Below are positions 27,760 through 42,997 of a stretch of 64,000 nt of DNA, in pieces. Under the pieces are notes generated by a model that made no database searches, had not been told where the DNA came from, and saw nothing but the letters and a program-made list of their open reading frames with translations. The stretch spans positions 52,204,001-52,268,000 of the forward strand of contig OZ024742.1 in the NCBI GenBank assembly GCA_964016885.1. Direction: 5' to 3'. Every line of letters begins with the position of its first letter. Position 1 is the first letter of the stretch. The translations under genes and the position numbers were made by a program. This stretch comes from Eledone cirrhosa. Lineage: Eukaryota.

Positions 27760-30300
27760 TTCTATCGAGTAACGTTACTTGAAGGGCCCTTCGAAAGGGT
27801 CTCATTACTGCAGCTTCTATTTGAGATCGTATCTTTCACTCATTTCCCAGAGTTAAAGGCTGGTACATATACCGAATTGAAGATAGCAAGTTTGGCGTTT
27901 GCAGTTAACTCTCTTCTGATTAACGAATGATGAACCTGGAGCATTACTGCACCAACTCTTGCAATGTTTGCACTTCATTCAACCTCTTGCCTTCCACCAC
28001 TCGTGAATACGCCATCGAGATAATTGAACTTTTCCACTTGTTTCAGTGAAACTCCATTCCCATGTAGAGTGCATTGCGCAGACTTCGTCAAGAGGACGAG
28101 TGTCTCACTCTTCTCATCACTGATTTTTATTCCGGCAGTGCAGCACTCGACATCAAACCTATTAAGTACATGTCAGAAATCACCTTCTGACGAGTTAATT
28201 AAAACAATATCGTCTGCAAATTCCAATCGAGTGATCTTACACACAGAAGTCGTGATACCACTTCCATCCCGGTTGCGCCTGACAATCCTGTTCGTGAATA
28301 ATGAACAGGAGAGGTGTTGGAGTCCGAATACAACACTAACTGATTTCGTTTCAGCACCATTTATCCGAACACATATACTCAGGCATCGGGTCAACAATAC
28401 GTTTTCCACATATCCAGTACTGAAATAGAACCCTCCATAGCAGGACGTGTGGAACGCAGTCGTATAACTTTTCGAGATCTACAAAGCAAAGGGACACCTA
28501 TTGGCAATACTGCCACAATTTCTCGAACACCTGTCACTGTGTAAATACTTGTTCGGTTGTGCTGCTCCGGGGAAAAAACCACACTGTTCATCATGAAGCT
28601 TGGACTCGACAATCCCTCTACACTATATCATACACTTGGCATAGACTTACCGAGTACGTTTAACAAGGAGAACCTTCTATAATTGGAGCAATCTCCCTTG
28701 TCTCCCAATTTTTTTTTATTCAGATTATCACTTCTGGTTGCCACTGCTTAGGTGCACTTCCAGAAATCCAGGCTATACGGAATAATTCCTTATAGTGAAC
28801 CAGATGATTCCTTTTAACATCCAGGGCAAAATTTCATCTTCCGCAGCGGCTTTGGTAGCTCTTGGGACTTCAGCTTCAGAGAGAATAGTCATCGTTCCCA
28901 GATTCATGTCGTGTACATGGGAAGTTTTTGTGATTGTGTTTAGGAGATCAGCAAAATATCCTTGTCACACGTGAGAATCCACCTCCCAGAAGAGAGGAGA
29001 ACGCATAGTGCTTTCCTCATATTAGGGATGGAGGAGGTCGTGTTATTTATTACGAAGTCAGCGGATGGATTGCCAGAACAATTTATTTTCTGATCTGAAT
29101 ACGGATTCCAGCTTAACCATTAAGTCCTCCCATGACTTAACTTGGCATGCCTTTCGTGTCTCTGCTGCATCATTCCGCGCTAGCTTTACCGCAAGTGCAG
29201 GAAAGAGAAGTTATTTCCAAGACAAGATTCGTAGGCATCCTTCTTTCCTTGAGTGGCATCTTTGACCTCTTGTTTGAACCAAGGGGTGCTCCAGCCGCCC
29301 GGCCGTACGCCAAGCGGCTTTCGCTCGTATCATTTAACGACTGAAACAAAAACTATCGATTTAAACATTCTCCTATCCGGTTCAAAGTCATCAGTTTGCC
29401 CACGGAATTCTCTGAATTTGGATGCAAAACTGTCCGTATACCTTCCTTATACGCCGGCGCTTCTCACTTTATCATATAGGTTGAGCTGGACGTGCCAGTC
29501 TGTGGTTTTCCTTGGCTTTCGGTATTCTCAAGTTGCAAATAACTAAATAGAAAGCTGATAGCAAATTCTCCCTCATAGTGGGATTCAGTCCATAACACAT
29601 TCTGAGGGACGGGGTCTCCCCTCTCCCTCCTGTGCTGTCATTTCTGGCGTCACACTTCAATAGGGAAGTTTCCTTCCTCCATCCATATCTATAGTACCAG
29701 AGTCACGGAACATTGTTGAGGAAACCCGGAGTATAACTAGCCGATAGCATCTATCCTCCTCCACTACCTGTAATGCTTGTAATATTCCAGGTTCCAATTG
29801 TTATGGTTTGCTTCCTTTCAAACACAATTTGGAGTCTCGGAATTCGCAATCTTTGTGCATCCATCCCATGACTACCAGAACCAGTCGCAGGAACATAGCC
29901 AATTTTTACAGCAGTAAATGGTGACTGCAATATACTTTTCACGACAGGGCTCTCTGCCTAAGACCTGAACGCGTGCCGTGTTAACCCATGCGAAGGAAAA
30001 TGGGGTATGATTCTTTTTGTTTCCTCATACCATATTGCAGTTTCAGTGGTCTTATTCGTGCCAGACACTGCTCTGCTACTTTTCTTCGGCACGCGAGGGC
30101 TAAGCTGTTTTAGAGGCCGCCTTTATTCACCTCGTTATAACTAAATCACTGGGTTGCCAGAGTTTTCTTGGGAACTAGACGTGTCACCCATTGCTCCATC
30201 GCCCCTATTAGTTTACCGCTGTTGATCCGAGGTTACTTAATAGCCCGACAGGTGCCAGATTATATTGCAAGTAACAATCTTATATCGTAGATGTATCGCT
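27760..30300 (-). mobile_element. Heavily decayed RTE-like LINE (APE + RT); ends approximate
   Basis: ITIGTWNITSITG (APE start, ~29800), YLVICNLRI (APE end, ~29530), CVRING..LEFADDIVLI (RT, ~28200); related to the 9.5-kb fragment. Confidence 0.7.
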
Positions 30301-31919
30301 AGAGACCACCTGCGACCCGTTCCCTAACAGAAGAGCTTTGCCGAAAAAAAAATATTTTTGGGAAAAATATGAGATAAAGAAATATAATGTCAATATTTTT
30401 TTATTTGTTTATCTGCTTATCCAGTTGTATTTTATGTATTTTTATGCCATGAGGTTCGCATATAAAATTCAGCTTTCAGTAAATATATCTAGTTAATTCA
30501 TATCAAAGACGCCATCAGTTCAATATCAGTACATGGAACTGTTTGCAGAAAATAAAATACTTAAAAGAAATGTATTGAACGAATAACATGTTATAGCTAC
30601 GTATATAATATCTACTCTATAAATAATCTTCTCTAAAGCTCTTTCTCTGAGACAAACGACTATGATGCCATGAATTCTGTCAACGTGGAAATGGTTATGT
30701 TTATATAGAAAGGAGATTGAATGTGTTTCAAATATTTGAATAACAAAAGTGTTTAAACAATGGGGAGAGACAGATATTGTTTACAAAAAGTAATTTCATT
30801 TTCTTTACTTTCGTAGTTGCTATAGTCAATGCACTGTTTTTGCTGTTGTTGTTATTGGGGTTGTTGTTGATTATGTAAATGATGAGGAGGTTCTTGTTAC
30901 TATTACACCCTCCTCTGAGGTAGCATCTCATATGAGGTTTTTCGTGTTTTAATGTTAGGAGTCAAAGCACAATTATATGAAATACCTGTCGTATCACTAG
31001 AAACCTCATTCCTATCATTAAATTGTCTAAAATCATTACATTATAAAAGACAATAGAGAAAATTGTGCAAATATAGTTAACTTAGTGTTATCATAGTTAA
31101 TGCAGGTAACATACAGTTACTAGATAAAAAATGGTTTTCGAGTGAGAAAGATAATCAATATTTGTCTATGATGAATGTTTTTCTATTTTCTGGAAGGCAT
31201 ATAAAATAACTTGGGACATGTGTCGGTCTTCTATTGATCTCTATTTGTCAAAGTAGTTACAATTGAATCCCTTCGCACAACCAATTTACAACTTTGTACA
31301 TTTGCTTAGAGATGCTTGCATTACTGTTTCGGCAAAGATAGTGAATTCTATTCAACACTAAGAAAGAAAAGTCATATATGTGATTGGCAAATATTTCGCG
31401 TTCGTTTCAGAATATTTTTTTTAGTTTTAAATATTTTTTAGTTTTAAATGTTCTTTGGATTAAATATTTCAGTATCAATTGTTTTTCAAGTGCATGACAC
31501 ATTCTGTTAACTATATTTTGAGTCCATCCTTTAAATGTAAATATACAATATCAATATGAAATTATAACTACGAGCAAAAATGATATTGGAAAAGAAATGA
31601 TTTTTTTTTTTCAATGTTGACAGTCGTACGACATATTGTATGAATGAAGATTATTGAGGAGATCCAAAGTGTATAATATCCCGTTCTGATAAAAACATAG
31701 AGACGGTGATGTTAATACTTTCTTAATGTTTTTACAAACTGTCATATTTTCAGAGATATGTTTTAATTGCTTTAAGACTATCAGTTGACGTCTGCCAGTT
31801 GTCTGGCTCAATATCTCAGATTTGTTTCTCTTTATCGCACCCCCGCCTGTCTCCCTCTCTCTATATTTATTTATCTATCTATCTATCTCTATCTCTGTTT
31901 CTCTCTATATATATACATA

Positions 31920-32259
31920 CAGTGGCAGACTGGGTCTAAAATTATTGGTTGTCAGGAAATGAAGGGGGCCCACCTACATATAGAATGCTATCACTTAATT
32001 TTTATAATGAATAAATAACGTTTTCAAAAACTACATAAGTGGAAACAAAACAGTGCAATCGAATTTTTGTGGAAAAATATCTTACCTTCTCCAATTTATT
32101 CTTTCTCTTAGACTTCGGGTATCTTTTGAAAGCTAAGCATTGGCCCCGAAAACACTAGAGTGAGCCCTGCAATGTTACTGCGGGCTCCTGTAATACTACC
32201 GTGGGCCCCTGGGGACCACTAGCCATTAAGCAACCTGGCACGTGGCCAGTCCGCCACTG
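31920..32259. mobile_element. MITE-like non-autonomous DNA transposon (possibly hAT); second right end at ~32952-33053
   Basis: TIR CAGTGGCAGACTGG / CCAGTCCGCCACTG; flanks TATACATA / TATATATA (possible 8-bp TSD, ambiguous in TA context); subterminal GGGCCC repeats. Confidence 0.7.
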
Positions 32260-32344
32260 TATATATATATTATTTGTTTGTTAAAATAATTGAATTAAAT
32301 TAATTCAACAGTTAAACACACATAGGAATAATAAGGTTGTTACC

Positions 32345-32840
32345 AAAGAGCCAGAAGTTTGAAAGGTCGACACTAAATATGACTAATAGCTCTAGGAAAG
32401 CCATGAACGACACCACTCTTTCTTAACATTGATTGTGAAATTAGGTTTATAATTATTAATTTTTATGATACTTTTGAACCTGTCTCGGCGGCTTAATTGG
32501 AGGAATCATAGACAGTGGTGATCCTGGTCTGAAATTCGATCCTGGTTGGGAGTAGGGTTCTCGGTAAAACTTTTCAGGGTTTTTTTCCAGGGGATATAAA
32601 AAAAAAATACTGAAGAAGTTGACATGTACCTCTCGACCAGGATTGAACGTAAGACCAGGATCTCCACCGTCTCTAATACATACCGATAGTCCACTGAGAG
32701 AAGTACGAAAGGTCTACTGAAAATTCATACTTATAAACCTACTTTCAAAATGTTCAAAACAAAATGATGTGGGGTCGTTCATGTCTTTCTTAATGCTATT
32801 GCTCCTACTTAAGGCCGACTTCTAAACCATTTGGCTGTTC
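32345..32840. repeat. Old diverged ~500-bp inverted repeat with tRNA-like arms
   Basis: AAAGCCATGAACGACACCAC / GTGGGGTCGTTCATGTCTTT and GGTGATCCTGGTCT..TTCGATCCTGGT / ACCAGGATTGAA..AGACCAGGATCTCC. Confidence 0.6.
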
Positions 32841-33313
32841 CATAAACTACATCCTCGTTTCTTTTCTCATCTATCTAGACTATATTTTAACCTGTAATCA
32901 ATGTTACATTTCTGTTGCACATCATTTCTCCACCTCTCTCTCTTTCTCTCTGTGGGTCCTGCAATGCTACTGTGGGCCCCTGCACGGCCACCGTAGGTCC
33001 CCTGTGGCCCACATGTTATTGGTCAACCTGGCAACCTGGCCAGTCCGCCACTGCATATATACATACATATGGTCTGCGGCAATAATAACACATATTTCAC
33101 GGACCATCTCCGATTCAAATAATTTCTCTGTTAAATATTTATCGTAATTCCTTTATTGATCAACTAATCGTGCAATCTGTACCTGATGATATCGCCAGGA
33201 TCTTACGTATCCAAGTCATTAAAAAAAAAAAAAAATATATATATATATAGTCTTTTTTTTTGCAACAATAAAGATTTAAAGGACTATTACCAGTCCGACC
33301 TTTAATCAAATTA

Positions 33314-33401
<88 letters not shown>

Positions 33402-33454
33402 TGAAAAATCCCGACCGCGGCGGTAAGCGAATGCGACATATATATGTATATATA

Positions 33455-34836
33455 TAAGCAGAAGCGACATTCAATTTGTTGGTAATTCATCAAATATAAA
33501 TGTTTATAACTGATTCAGCGCACTCTACAAATATTTTTCTGGAGTATAATATACAATGATATTAAATAAATGGAAACTATATTTATTCTATTATATATAT
33601 TTCAACGGTACCAAAATTTTGGTAGGCTATCATTAGATGAAATACGAAGTGTGTTTTATAAATTTTGACATAACCAAGGTGTATAGGAATATTATAAATT
33701 AAAAATAGTTCTGAACGTGGAATTTTGGCGATGTTTGCAAGAAGAAAATAATTCTGTTCTGAGAATAATAGAGTTTTGACAGTTAATTATATAAAAGATT
33801 TCTTCGATACACAATTTACAGAATCTTGATAAAGCCATATTTCGGTATGCAGGTGCTTCGAAATCGTTCTCCAATATATTGAATAGTCTATATTGTTGTC
33901 TTTTAAATTCCAAATTAGATGTGAAAGTGAAACGATTGATCTTCGAAAAACACATTTTTCCTCTCTCTTTTTGTTATTCGAACCTTCACACATCTTTCGA
34001 CTAAAATAATGGATCTTACACAAAATAATATATAATTTTCTCTATATATTTTGGAGTAAATCATTCATCTAATTTAATGGTTAACAAACAAAATTGGAGT
34101 TATCTTTCCTTTCTTCATCGTTCAAACATAAACATATTATGTTTGATAATCTGTATAGCTTCGGTAAATTAACAATATTCTGAAAACATTTTCAATGTTG
34201 AATAAAATTTTTGAATCCACAAATTGTTCTACTCTCACAACTTGAACCACATATTTTTAAGTAAAATACAAAATCAACATCTTCGTAACTCATATTTGAT
34301 ATATAAACAACTAATAATTATAAATTATCTTTATTTTTATTTACATATAACCTATCGTAATGTAGTAAGATAAAAATAGTTACAACCATAAATCTTCATA
34401 TAATCTAATTGATTATATATACAATATTATAACTCATAATATAGGTAAATAAATTTTTTCCCCAAAATTAACGCAAATTCTAGCTCTTCATCCTTTCTCT
34501 TCTTTCCTACGCATAAAATTAACTTAACATAATTATTTAAATTTTCCATAGCGTCTAAAATAACGGGGTTTTTTTCAGCCCTTTTACCTTAACCTCATTT
34601 GCATACTCATCTTAATAATTTGAAATATCTTACTTTTCTTTTCTTATCCCTTCACTATCCAGGGATAACTTGAACCGTTAAGGTATATTCTCCTTGGTTA
34701 TGTCAAAATTTATAAAACACACTTCGTATTTTATCTGATGATAGCGTACCAAAATTTTGGAACCCTTGAAATATATATAATAGAATAAATATGGTTTTAT
34801 AAATATAGTTTCCATTTATTTAATATCATTGTATAT
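33455..34836. mobile_element. PLE family A copy 3: arms 33549-33679 / 34692-34836, left tail, endonuclease remnant on minus strand (33692-33950)
   Basis: SLSHLIWNLKDNNIDYSIYW / APAYRNMALSRFCKLCIEE..LRTELFSSCKH; 34050-34690 (+) is homologous to the 3' region of copy 2. Confidence 0.85.
34728..34786 (+). ncRNA. Type I hammerhead ribozyme (mirror at 33585-33643 has a disrupted CTAATGA core)
   Basis: ATTTTAT-CTGATGA-TAGC.GTACCAAAATTTTGGAAC.CCTT-GAAA-TATATA-TA-ATAGAAT. Confidence 0.8.
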
Positions 34837-34881
34837 ATATAATCTCGGAAATTTTACCCGCCCTAGATAGATAAATAGATA

Positions 34882-34984
<103 letters not shown>

Positions 34985-34990
34985 TTGTGT

Positions 34991-35049
<59 letters not shown>

Positions 35050-35621
35050 CACAAGAATCGACTGAAAAGTTAATAGGTTGACCAATATACTAAAATGACC
35101 AAATAAGGTAGATTTTTCAACATAGCCCCTGGAAAGAAACAATGCAGTTGTTAATAAGAAGAGATGAAATTAATGCTTGCAAGATTTCACAGCCCTAGTA
35201 TTGCTTTTTCACACTCAGCCTACCAACTTTTCAGCCCATCCTCATATATTAATGAGGTATAGATTCGTCCGGGATCTCGAGTGGTTTGAAGCTTCTTCGG
35301 GACTTAAAATAATATCCCGTAGGAAAGAAGGGTATTTCGGGTGGATGTGTAGAATTAGGGGACATAGTAAGATCACGAAACTATGGGTGCCCAGATAAAG
35401 GGAAGTTTAGGTCAGTTAGTGACTATATGACTATAGTTTGAAAGCAAAGGGAAGTTGTGGAGGTCGGGGAGCGTCTGCAGGTGAAAGAGGACTGACTCAG
35501 GGGTCACACATACAATCATAAACAGGCATACCTTACACTCGGACACATACATATATACACCTAATAATGGTAATGCGACGAGATGTATACTTATGATTAT
35601 CTATATTAGTATCTATATATA

Positions 35622-35843
35622 GGGCGGTGGATTGGCAGTATCGGTAGAGGGTCGGACGCCATGATTTGGCGCCTGGAATTACGGCCCTTTATGATCTGAG
35701 TTCAAATCCTGCCGTGGTTAATTTTGCCTTTCATCCTTACGGGGTCGATAAAATAATGTATCAGTCACACACTGGGGTCAATTTCATCGACTTTTCTCTC
35801 TCCCAAAAATTGCTGACCTTGTGCTAAATACGAAACCTATATT
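35622..35843 (+). mobile_element. Full-length tRNA-derived SINE
   Basis: A-box-like TGGCAGTATCGG, B-box-like GAGTTCAAATCC, central GCCTTTCATCCTTACGGGGTCGATAAAAT (resembles the Meta-SINE domain); about 7 copies in the window. Confidence 0.85.
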
Positions 35844-35934
35844 AGTACCTATATAATATATATATATATATATATATTAAAATAACCTTATCGAGCCCTC
35901 TTCGGATTTTAGTCTTCACGTTTATTATTATTAC

Positions 35935-35981
<47 letters not shown>

Positions 35982-36252
35982 CAAGAAAGTACGTCCATAG
36001 AATCATTTGATAAAATATATACAGTATTTCCTCTCCCAATCAGCATAATCAACCACACACAAAATCAATTAAACAAGGCTATAAGTTTAAAAAGCACCTA
36101 TGAAGAAACAATGGATAAATAAACGATAACTATCTTATCCGCGATCAACAACCACAGAATATTTACCCAGTATTTCTAATAGCCCGTGGAAATCGATTAG
36201 ATATATAGCCAACCATACACAATTAGGTACAAAATCAAAGTTAGAAGAAAAA

Positions 36253-36294
36253 ATGTATATAAGCATACCAACATGTTGGTATGCTTATATACAT
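36253..36294. repeat. Perfect 42-bp palindrome
   Basis: ATGTATATAAGCATACCAACA|TGTTGGTATGCTTATATACAT. Confidence 0.9.
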
Positions 36295-36339
36295 AAGTCC
36301 TTCTTCCATCCAGCTCTCTTTATTCATAGTGAATAAGTC

Positions 36340-37320
36340 GGGAATGTTTGAGCTTGAAGAGTTTCGAATTTATTCAACAAACCTATGTATAAAAATAGCA
36401 AACTTGCTGCCTTAGCGCTCAAGAACAAACACAGAACAATTGAGGAAGACATCGTAATTATTGTAAAAATGATAACTGAGTGAGAGCAGGCAGAATAATT
36501 TCGTTGTCCTGTTCGCATATCGGACCTATCCGTCTGACATTTCCGTGCCTGTAGAATTTGTCTCGAAACAGCCTGCAGTGCTCCCATGCATCAGTGTTAG
36601 ATCAGGTATTTCTGATAAGTATCCATAGGCCACAGAAAGAAAGACCTCCGGAGCAGACTGGCTAGTTCGTTCTCGTTCAGTCTCCATGAGAACGTCATCG
36701 CAGTTGCTCACCACTAGTCCCCAATAGAACGCTAACGTGGAATTTCTACCGGTCGCATAATAAGTTTGATAGAGGATTGTGAGCACCTGACAAAATTCCA
36801 GATACCAGGCGCCTAGTTTCGGTCTTCGCATGACTCATAAAGGCAACTCAGACAAAAAGAGGCGTTGCGTACCGTCCTTTTTCGCAAACGCCGACCGCAG
36901 CTCTTCGCCGTTTAGGAATATCTGCAAATGCCTCAGTACGTGTTTACGCATCGTGAGCCTTGACATGCCCCGCCCTCGCGCAAAGTTGTTGGCAGTAGAT
37001 GGACTGTCTGGCCAGTGGAAACGGACCCTTCCACAATAATTGAAAGAGCAGATACTCCAGCCTGGACGATGGCCAGATGCTAATAGATGACGAAAGCTAT
37101 GCACGCGTTCACCCTACCCCTAGACATTTCAGTCAATCTTTACGTAAGAGTAACCACCCTGTTCGTTCCCTCATCCCTGTTCCTATCTACTTGGAAGTCT
37201 GGACTAAACCAAACCCCTAGTGACTTCAGCGCTCTATTCGTCCATCGTCTGGCGACGCTGTTGAACGGCATGGATTTCCTTCCCCAGGTACCGAGCTGCA
37301 AACCCACTGATATTTCCGGG
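36340..37320 (-). pseudogene. Decayed C-terminal ORF2 fragment of an L1/Tx1-like element
   Basis: GC-richer island; GRGMSRLTMRKHVLRHLQIFLNGE and RRPKLGAWYLEFCQVL..TLAFY resemble the post-RT region of Tx1-type ORF2. Confidence 0.55.
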
Positions 37321-37544
37321 CTGGTTTTTGCTCATAGTATTATGTTTATCGTTTTTTTTTGTTTTTTTTTTCAATTAACAGCGAAATTCGTTTTTACTGA
37401 CATGTTTACATGCTTACATATTAGATATGCCTACATATGAGATATGTGCATATATTTAACCGTTTATACAAATATACCTTATGCGTTTATACAAATATAG
37501 CTTTATCATAAACATGGATGCTTGCGCAATTCTTATATATCTAG

Positions 37545-37627
<83 letters not shown>

Positions 37628-37739
37628 CGTGTCTGTGTGTATGTGTGTATATATGTATGTATGTGTGTATGTATGTATGTATGCAAGTGTAGGGCATCGT
37701 CTTATACCTCAGCTAATGTGGGATATATTTTCATCCTTA

Positions 37740-37960
37740 AGCATAAATAAGTGTTTCTACTTTTGGCACAAGGCCACCAATTATGCCAGTGTATTACTGG
37801 TACTTTATTTTATCGACCCCGTAAGGATGAAAGGCAAATTGAACCTCGGTGGGATTTGAACTCAGTCCGACCCTCTACCGATACTGCCAATCCACCGCCC
37901 TTAAGCATAAATAATTGTTTCTACTTTTGGCACAAGGCCAGCGCCCTTAAGCATAAATAA
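37740..37960 (-). mobile_element. Internally deleted SINE with locally duplicated end sequence
   Basis: SINE core 37795-37900; CCTTAAGCATAAATAA occurs three times. Confidence 0.75.
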
Positions 37961-38467
37961 TGATCCTTGGATTGTCTTATAATACATTGAAAATGTGTTG
38001 TTGTTTTTTTAACCACATCTTATAACGTTAATTGTTGCTGACATTAATTAGGAAGTTGAAATCAATTAAAATGTTCAATAGAACCAAAATAACTTTATAG
38101 CCAATATGTATGGTTTTGCGTTTCAGGATCCTGTTGTGTAATAATTTTCATGGTAGATTCAATCAGGGCTAGATAGTTAAACAATTCGCTTGTTGATCAT
38201 GAGGTTTTAGGTTTGATCCCGCTTGGTTTGACCTTCAATAAGCATCTTATATTAAAACGTCGTTCGGCCCAAGCCCTGTGGGTAAAGCTGTGTACATTTG
38301 TATTAATCAAATTGCTAATCAATTATAGAAAAACACGTTAGAGTTAATGACAGCTCGCTTTTGGAGACCACGTCTAAAAAGAGACAAATGCCGTAGTTTG
38401 TCTATGATAGTAATTTGGTGTGTAAGGGGAACACTTTAGAGTACTTAACAGGTTTTAAAATTTAAGA

Positions 38468-38835
38468 TAATGATTTCTACTTTAGGCAAAGGGACAGCAG
38501 ATTTGGGCAAGGGAAAATGGATTAAATCAACTGCAGAACTTAACAGGTAGCTTTTTTGTTGATCCCTGATGTATGAAAGTCAAATTTATCATCGGCGGTA
38601 GTTGAACTCAAAATGTAAACCGCCTGAGCAAATACAGCCGCGCATTTGTCCGACGATCTACTGATACTTCCAAACACCGTCTAGTGCAAAGACGGTGTTT
38701 GGAAGTATCAGTAGATCGTCGGACAAATGCGCGGCTGTATTTGCTCAGGCGGTTTACATTTTGAGTTCAACTACCGCCGATGATAAATTTGACTTTCATA
38801 CATCAGGGACCAACAAAAAAGCTACCTGTTAAGTT
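38468..38835. repeat. Decayed SINE (-) with a near-perfect 146-bp inverted duplication (38537-38682 / 38690-38835)
   Basis: One mismatch seen between arms; 7-nt spacer AGTGCAA. Confidence 0.9.
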
Positions 38836-39369
38836 TAGGGATATATATCATATCAAACATGTATATGATAGACAATATCATGTGTTAAAAATAATTCTAA
38901 TTAGATAAACTGGACTGCTGTAAATGAATGTTTTTCTATATACAAAGTAGTCAGTTATACGAGTTTCTAATTTTATTGAACTCTTATCATTATCTCACTA
39001 TCTTTCTCTACATTAGCAAGGTGACATTGTAAACATAGATGTCAAATCTTTAATTATATCAGGCAATATCGATTTCTATAATTAAGTTCAATTTAAGCAC
39101 GCAGTATTGCCTGAAATCTACAGGTTTATTCTTTAATATATTATAGCACCAAAACACTAACGCTGATACCGGGTCCGTAGAGTACATGTATAACTATGTG
39201 TGTATAGGTGTATATACGTATGTATATGTATGTGTATGTGTGGGTGTATATATATATATAAATATATATATATATATCAATCTCTCTCCCCCATCTCCTA
39301 CCCTCTCTCCATCTTTCTCTACTTCTCTCTCTCTCTATCTCTCTCTCTCTCTATCTCTATCTCTCTCCA

Positions 39370-39438
<69 letters not shown>

Positions 39439-39745
39439 TGATAATTGTGTGAGAGTATGTGTGCGCACGTGTGTGTGTTCAACTTATTTTGCAGATCATT
39501 TGATCTGATACCGTGTGTTAAAACGGAAATAATTACATCTAACATAGAGTCAACTAAGACTTCTAAGAAGAGACTAATATAGCCTATTCACGTTTCGTTA
39601 TATCACACATATGTGACCTGCGCATTGACACAATTGAAAGCTTCTCCAATAATAACGGAAATGTGTATTACAGATTTAATGTATTCTTAAGTAGTGAAAT
39701 ATATTTCCTCCACCACGTAATTATGAATGTATGTTTGTACATATG

Positions 39746-39847
<102 letters not shown>

Positions 39848-39883
39848 AAAAGGGAGAATGGTTCTATACAAAAAAGAGGTTGT

Positions 39884-41363
<1,480 letters not shown>

Positions 41364-41820
41364 CTTTCTCTCTCTCTCTCTATATATATATCAACTAGAA
41401 ATTGATTGATATATATATAAAATAAACATATGAAACAATCACAGGGAATAATTTGTAAAAGTGTGTAAGCACACGTAGCTAGGTAGCTAACTAATTAAAG
41501 TTTAACTAGAACTTCAAAAATAGATACCTTATAAATTGATTAATCTTCCTTGTGTATATTTCATCAAAGAACTATATTTCACCATTAATCGATCGGTAAA
41601 CCACAGTAGCCAAATCTCGTATGTTCAACAAGGGAGAAGATCTAACTATCTGTGTAACAGCAAATTCAAATCTACGAATGACTAGCAGAACGTATTGCAT
41701 TTTTTTTAAATACACACATCGTACCAGCTTCATCCTAGTGGCTTGAATAGGGTTATCGACAACTAGAAATAGCAGCCGAGTCCTTTCGACTGAGTTAGCT
41801 CTACAATTAAGGGGTCGTGT

Positions 41821-42001
41821 ATATATCCAAAATTAAATTAAGGGTGTCATGTCGGAGAGACATGCGCAATATCCACCATATCCATCAATTTCTAGTTGAT
41901 ATAAAATGCTCGGATCTATGCATTGGAATCTTGGAGCATATTCTACGGTGGATATGGCACATGTCTCTCCGACATGACACCCTTAATTTAATTTTGGATA
42001 T
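41821..42001. repeat. Hairpin element with ~55-bp arms next to (TA)n
   Basis: TATCCAAAATTAAATTAAGGGTGTCATGTCGGAGAGACATG.. and its reverse complement. Confidence 0.8.
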
Positions 42002-42111
42002 TATATATATATATATGAATGTATATATAGTGTATTTTGCAATACACTGTATGTTTAATTAAAAGCATTTTGAAGACCATACGCTATGGTTTTAAAATGT
42101 CACTTATTTAA

Positions 42112-42205
42112 ATTTTCAGCAAACAGGGGAGATAAACTGACAGAGCTTTGTTTCGTACTTTTTGGTACTTATCAAAGCTCACTACTTCTCCTATTTGCTG
42201 AAAAT
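42112..42205 (-). ncRNA. Type I hammerhead ribozyme, U3-A8 variant, with long extended stem I
   Basis: Reverse complement reads ATTTTCAGCAAATAGG..GAGCT-TTGATAA-GTAC.CAAAAA.GTAC-GAAA-CAAAGCTCTG-TC-AGTTT..CCTGTTTGCTGAAAAT. Confidence 0.75.
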
Positions 42206-42389
42206 CATGTGTGTTGGATTATTATATAATTCCAGTAATAATCAGGAACTGATTATACAGAGCGGTCGCCGGTCCAGCAGAAATTTAAAATTAGAATTGG
42301 TGCTCTGAAATAGCGGATGCTTCCTCAGCTCTCTCAACCTCTTCACCTCTTCACCTTCATTATTATTATTATCATTATTATTATTATTC

Positions 42390-42995
42390 ATTCAGTTACA
42401 TTTATCTTGCTTTATGTTCATACGAGTTATCACCAAGTCACAACCAGTGACCTCAAGAGACAACAAGGTCCCCCATGTTCAAGAAAGAACATACATACAC
42501 ACACATGCATCTTTAGGTGTTTAGACTTGTGATGTACTTATAGTGACAGAATCTTCCTTAGTATATGGGCAGTTCCCATTAGTACTATCTTTTGTATTTC
42601 TCCTATACGCGGGTTTCCAGGGATTTGCGATAAGTAATCACTAGACCCCTGAGGTATCATTCCTAGAGCGCCTACAACCACTGGTATTATAATAGATCTC
42701 AATGTCCACATTTTTCCAATTTCTATCTCCAGGTCCTTATACTTGCTCAATTTTTCAAATGTTTTAGAGAGACATTCTTGTCTATTGGAACGGACATATC
42801 AATTAGTAGGCATACCCTCTTTTTAAAGTCCCTCAGTATTATATCAGGTCTATTTGCATCTATTTTTCGGTTTGTTTGTATGCTAAAGTTCCACAAGATT
42901 GAGATGTGATCTTTTTCAAGTATGGGAGGTGGTTGATGCTCTCACCAATTCTTTTGATGGCGCAGGTCAAAATGCTTACACATTATCCAATGTAT
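42390..42995 (-). mobile_element. 3' fragment of a second R4/Dong-like RLE family ending at (TAA)n
   Basis: KYKDLEIEIGKMW..IPVVVGALG..IQKIVLMGTAHILRKILSL*; upstream NRPDI motif; (ATT)n at 42359-42389. Confidence 0.85.
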
Positions 42996-42997
42996 TA

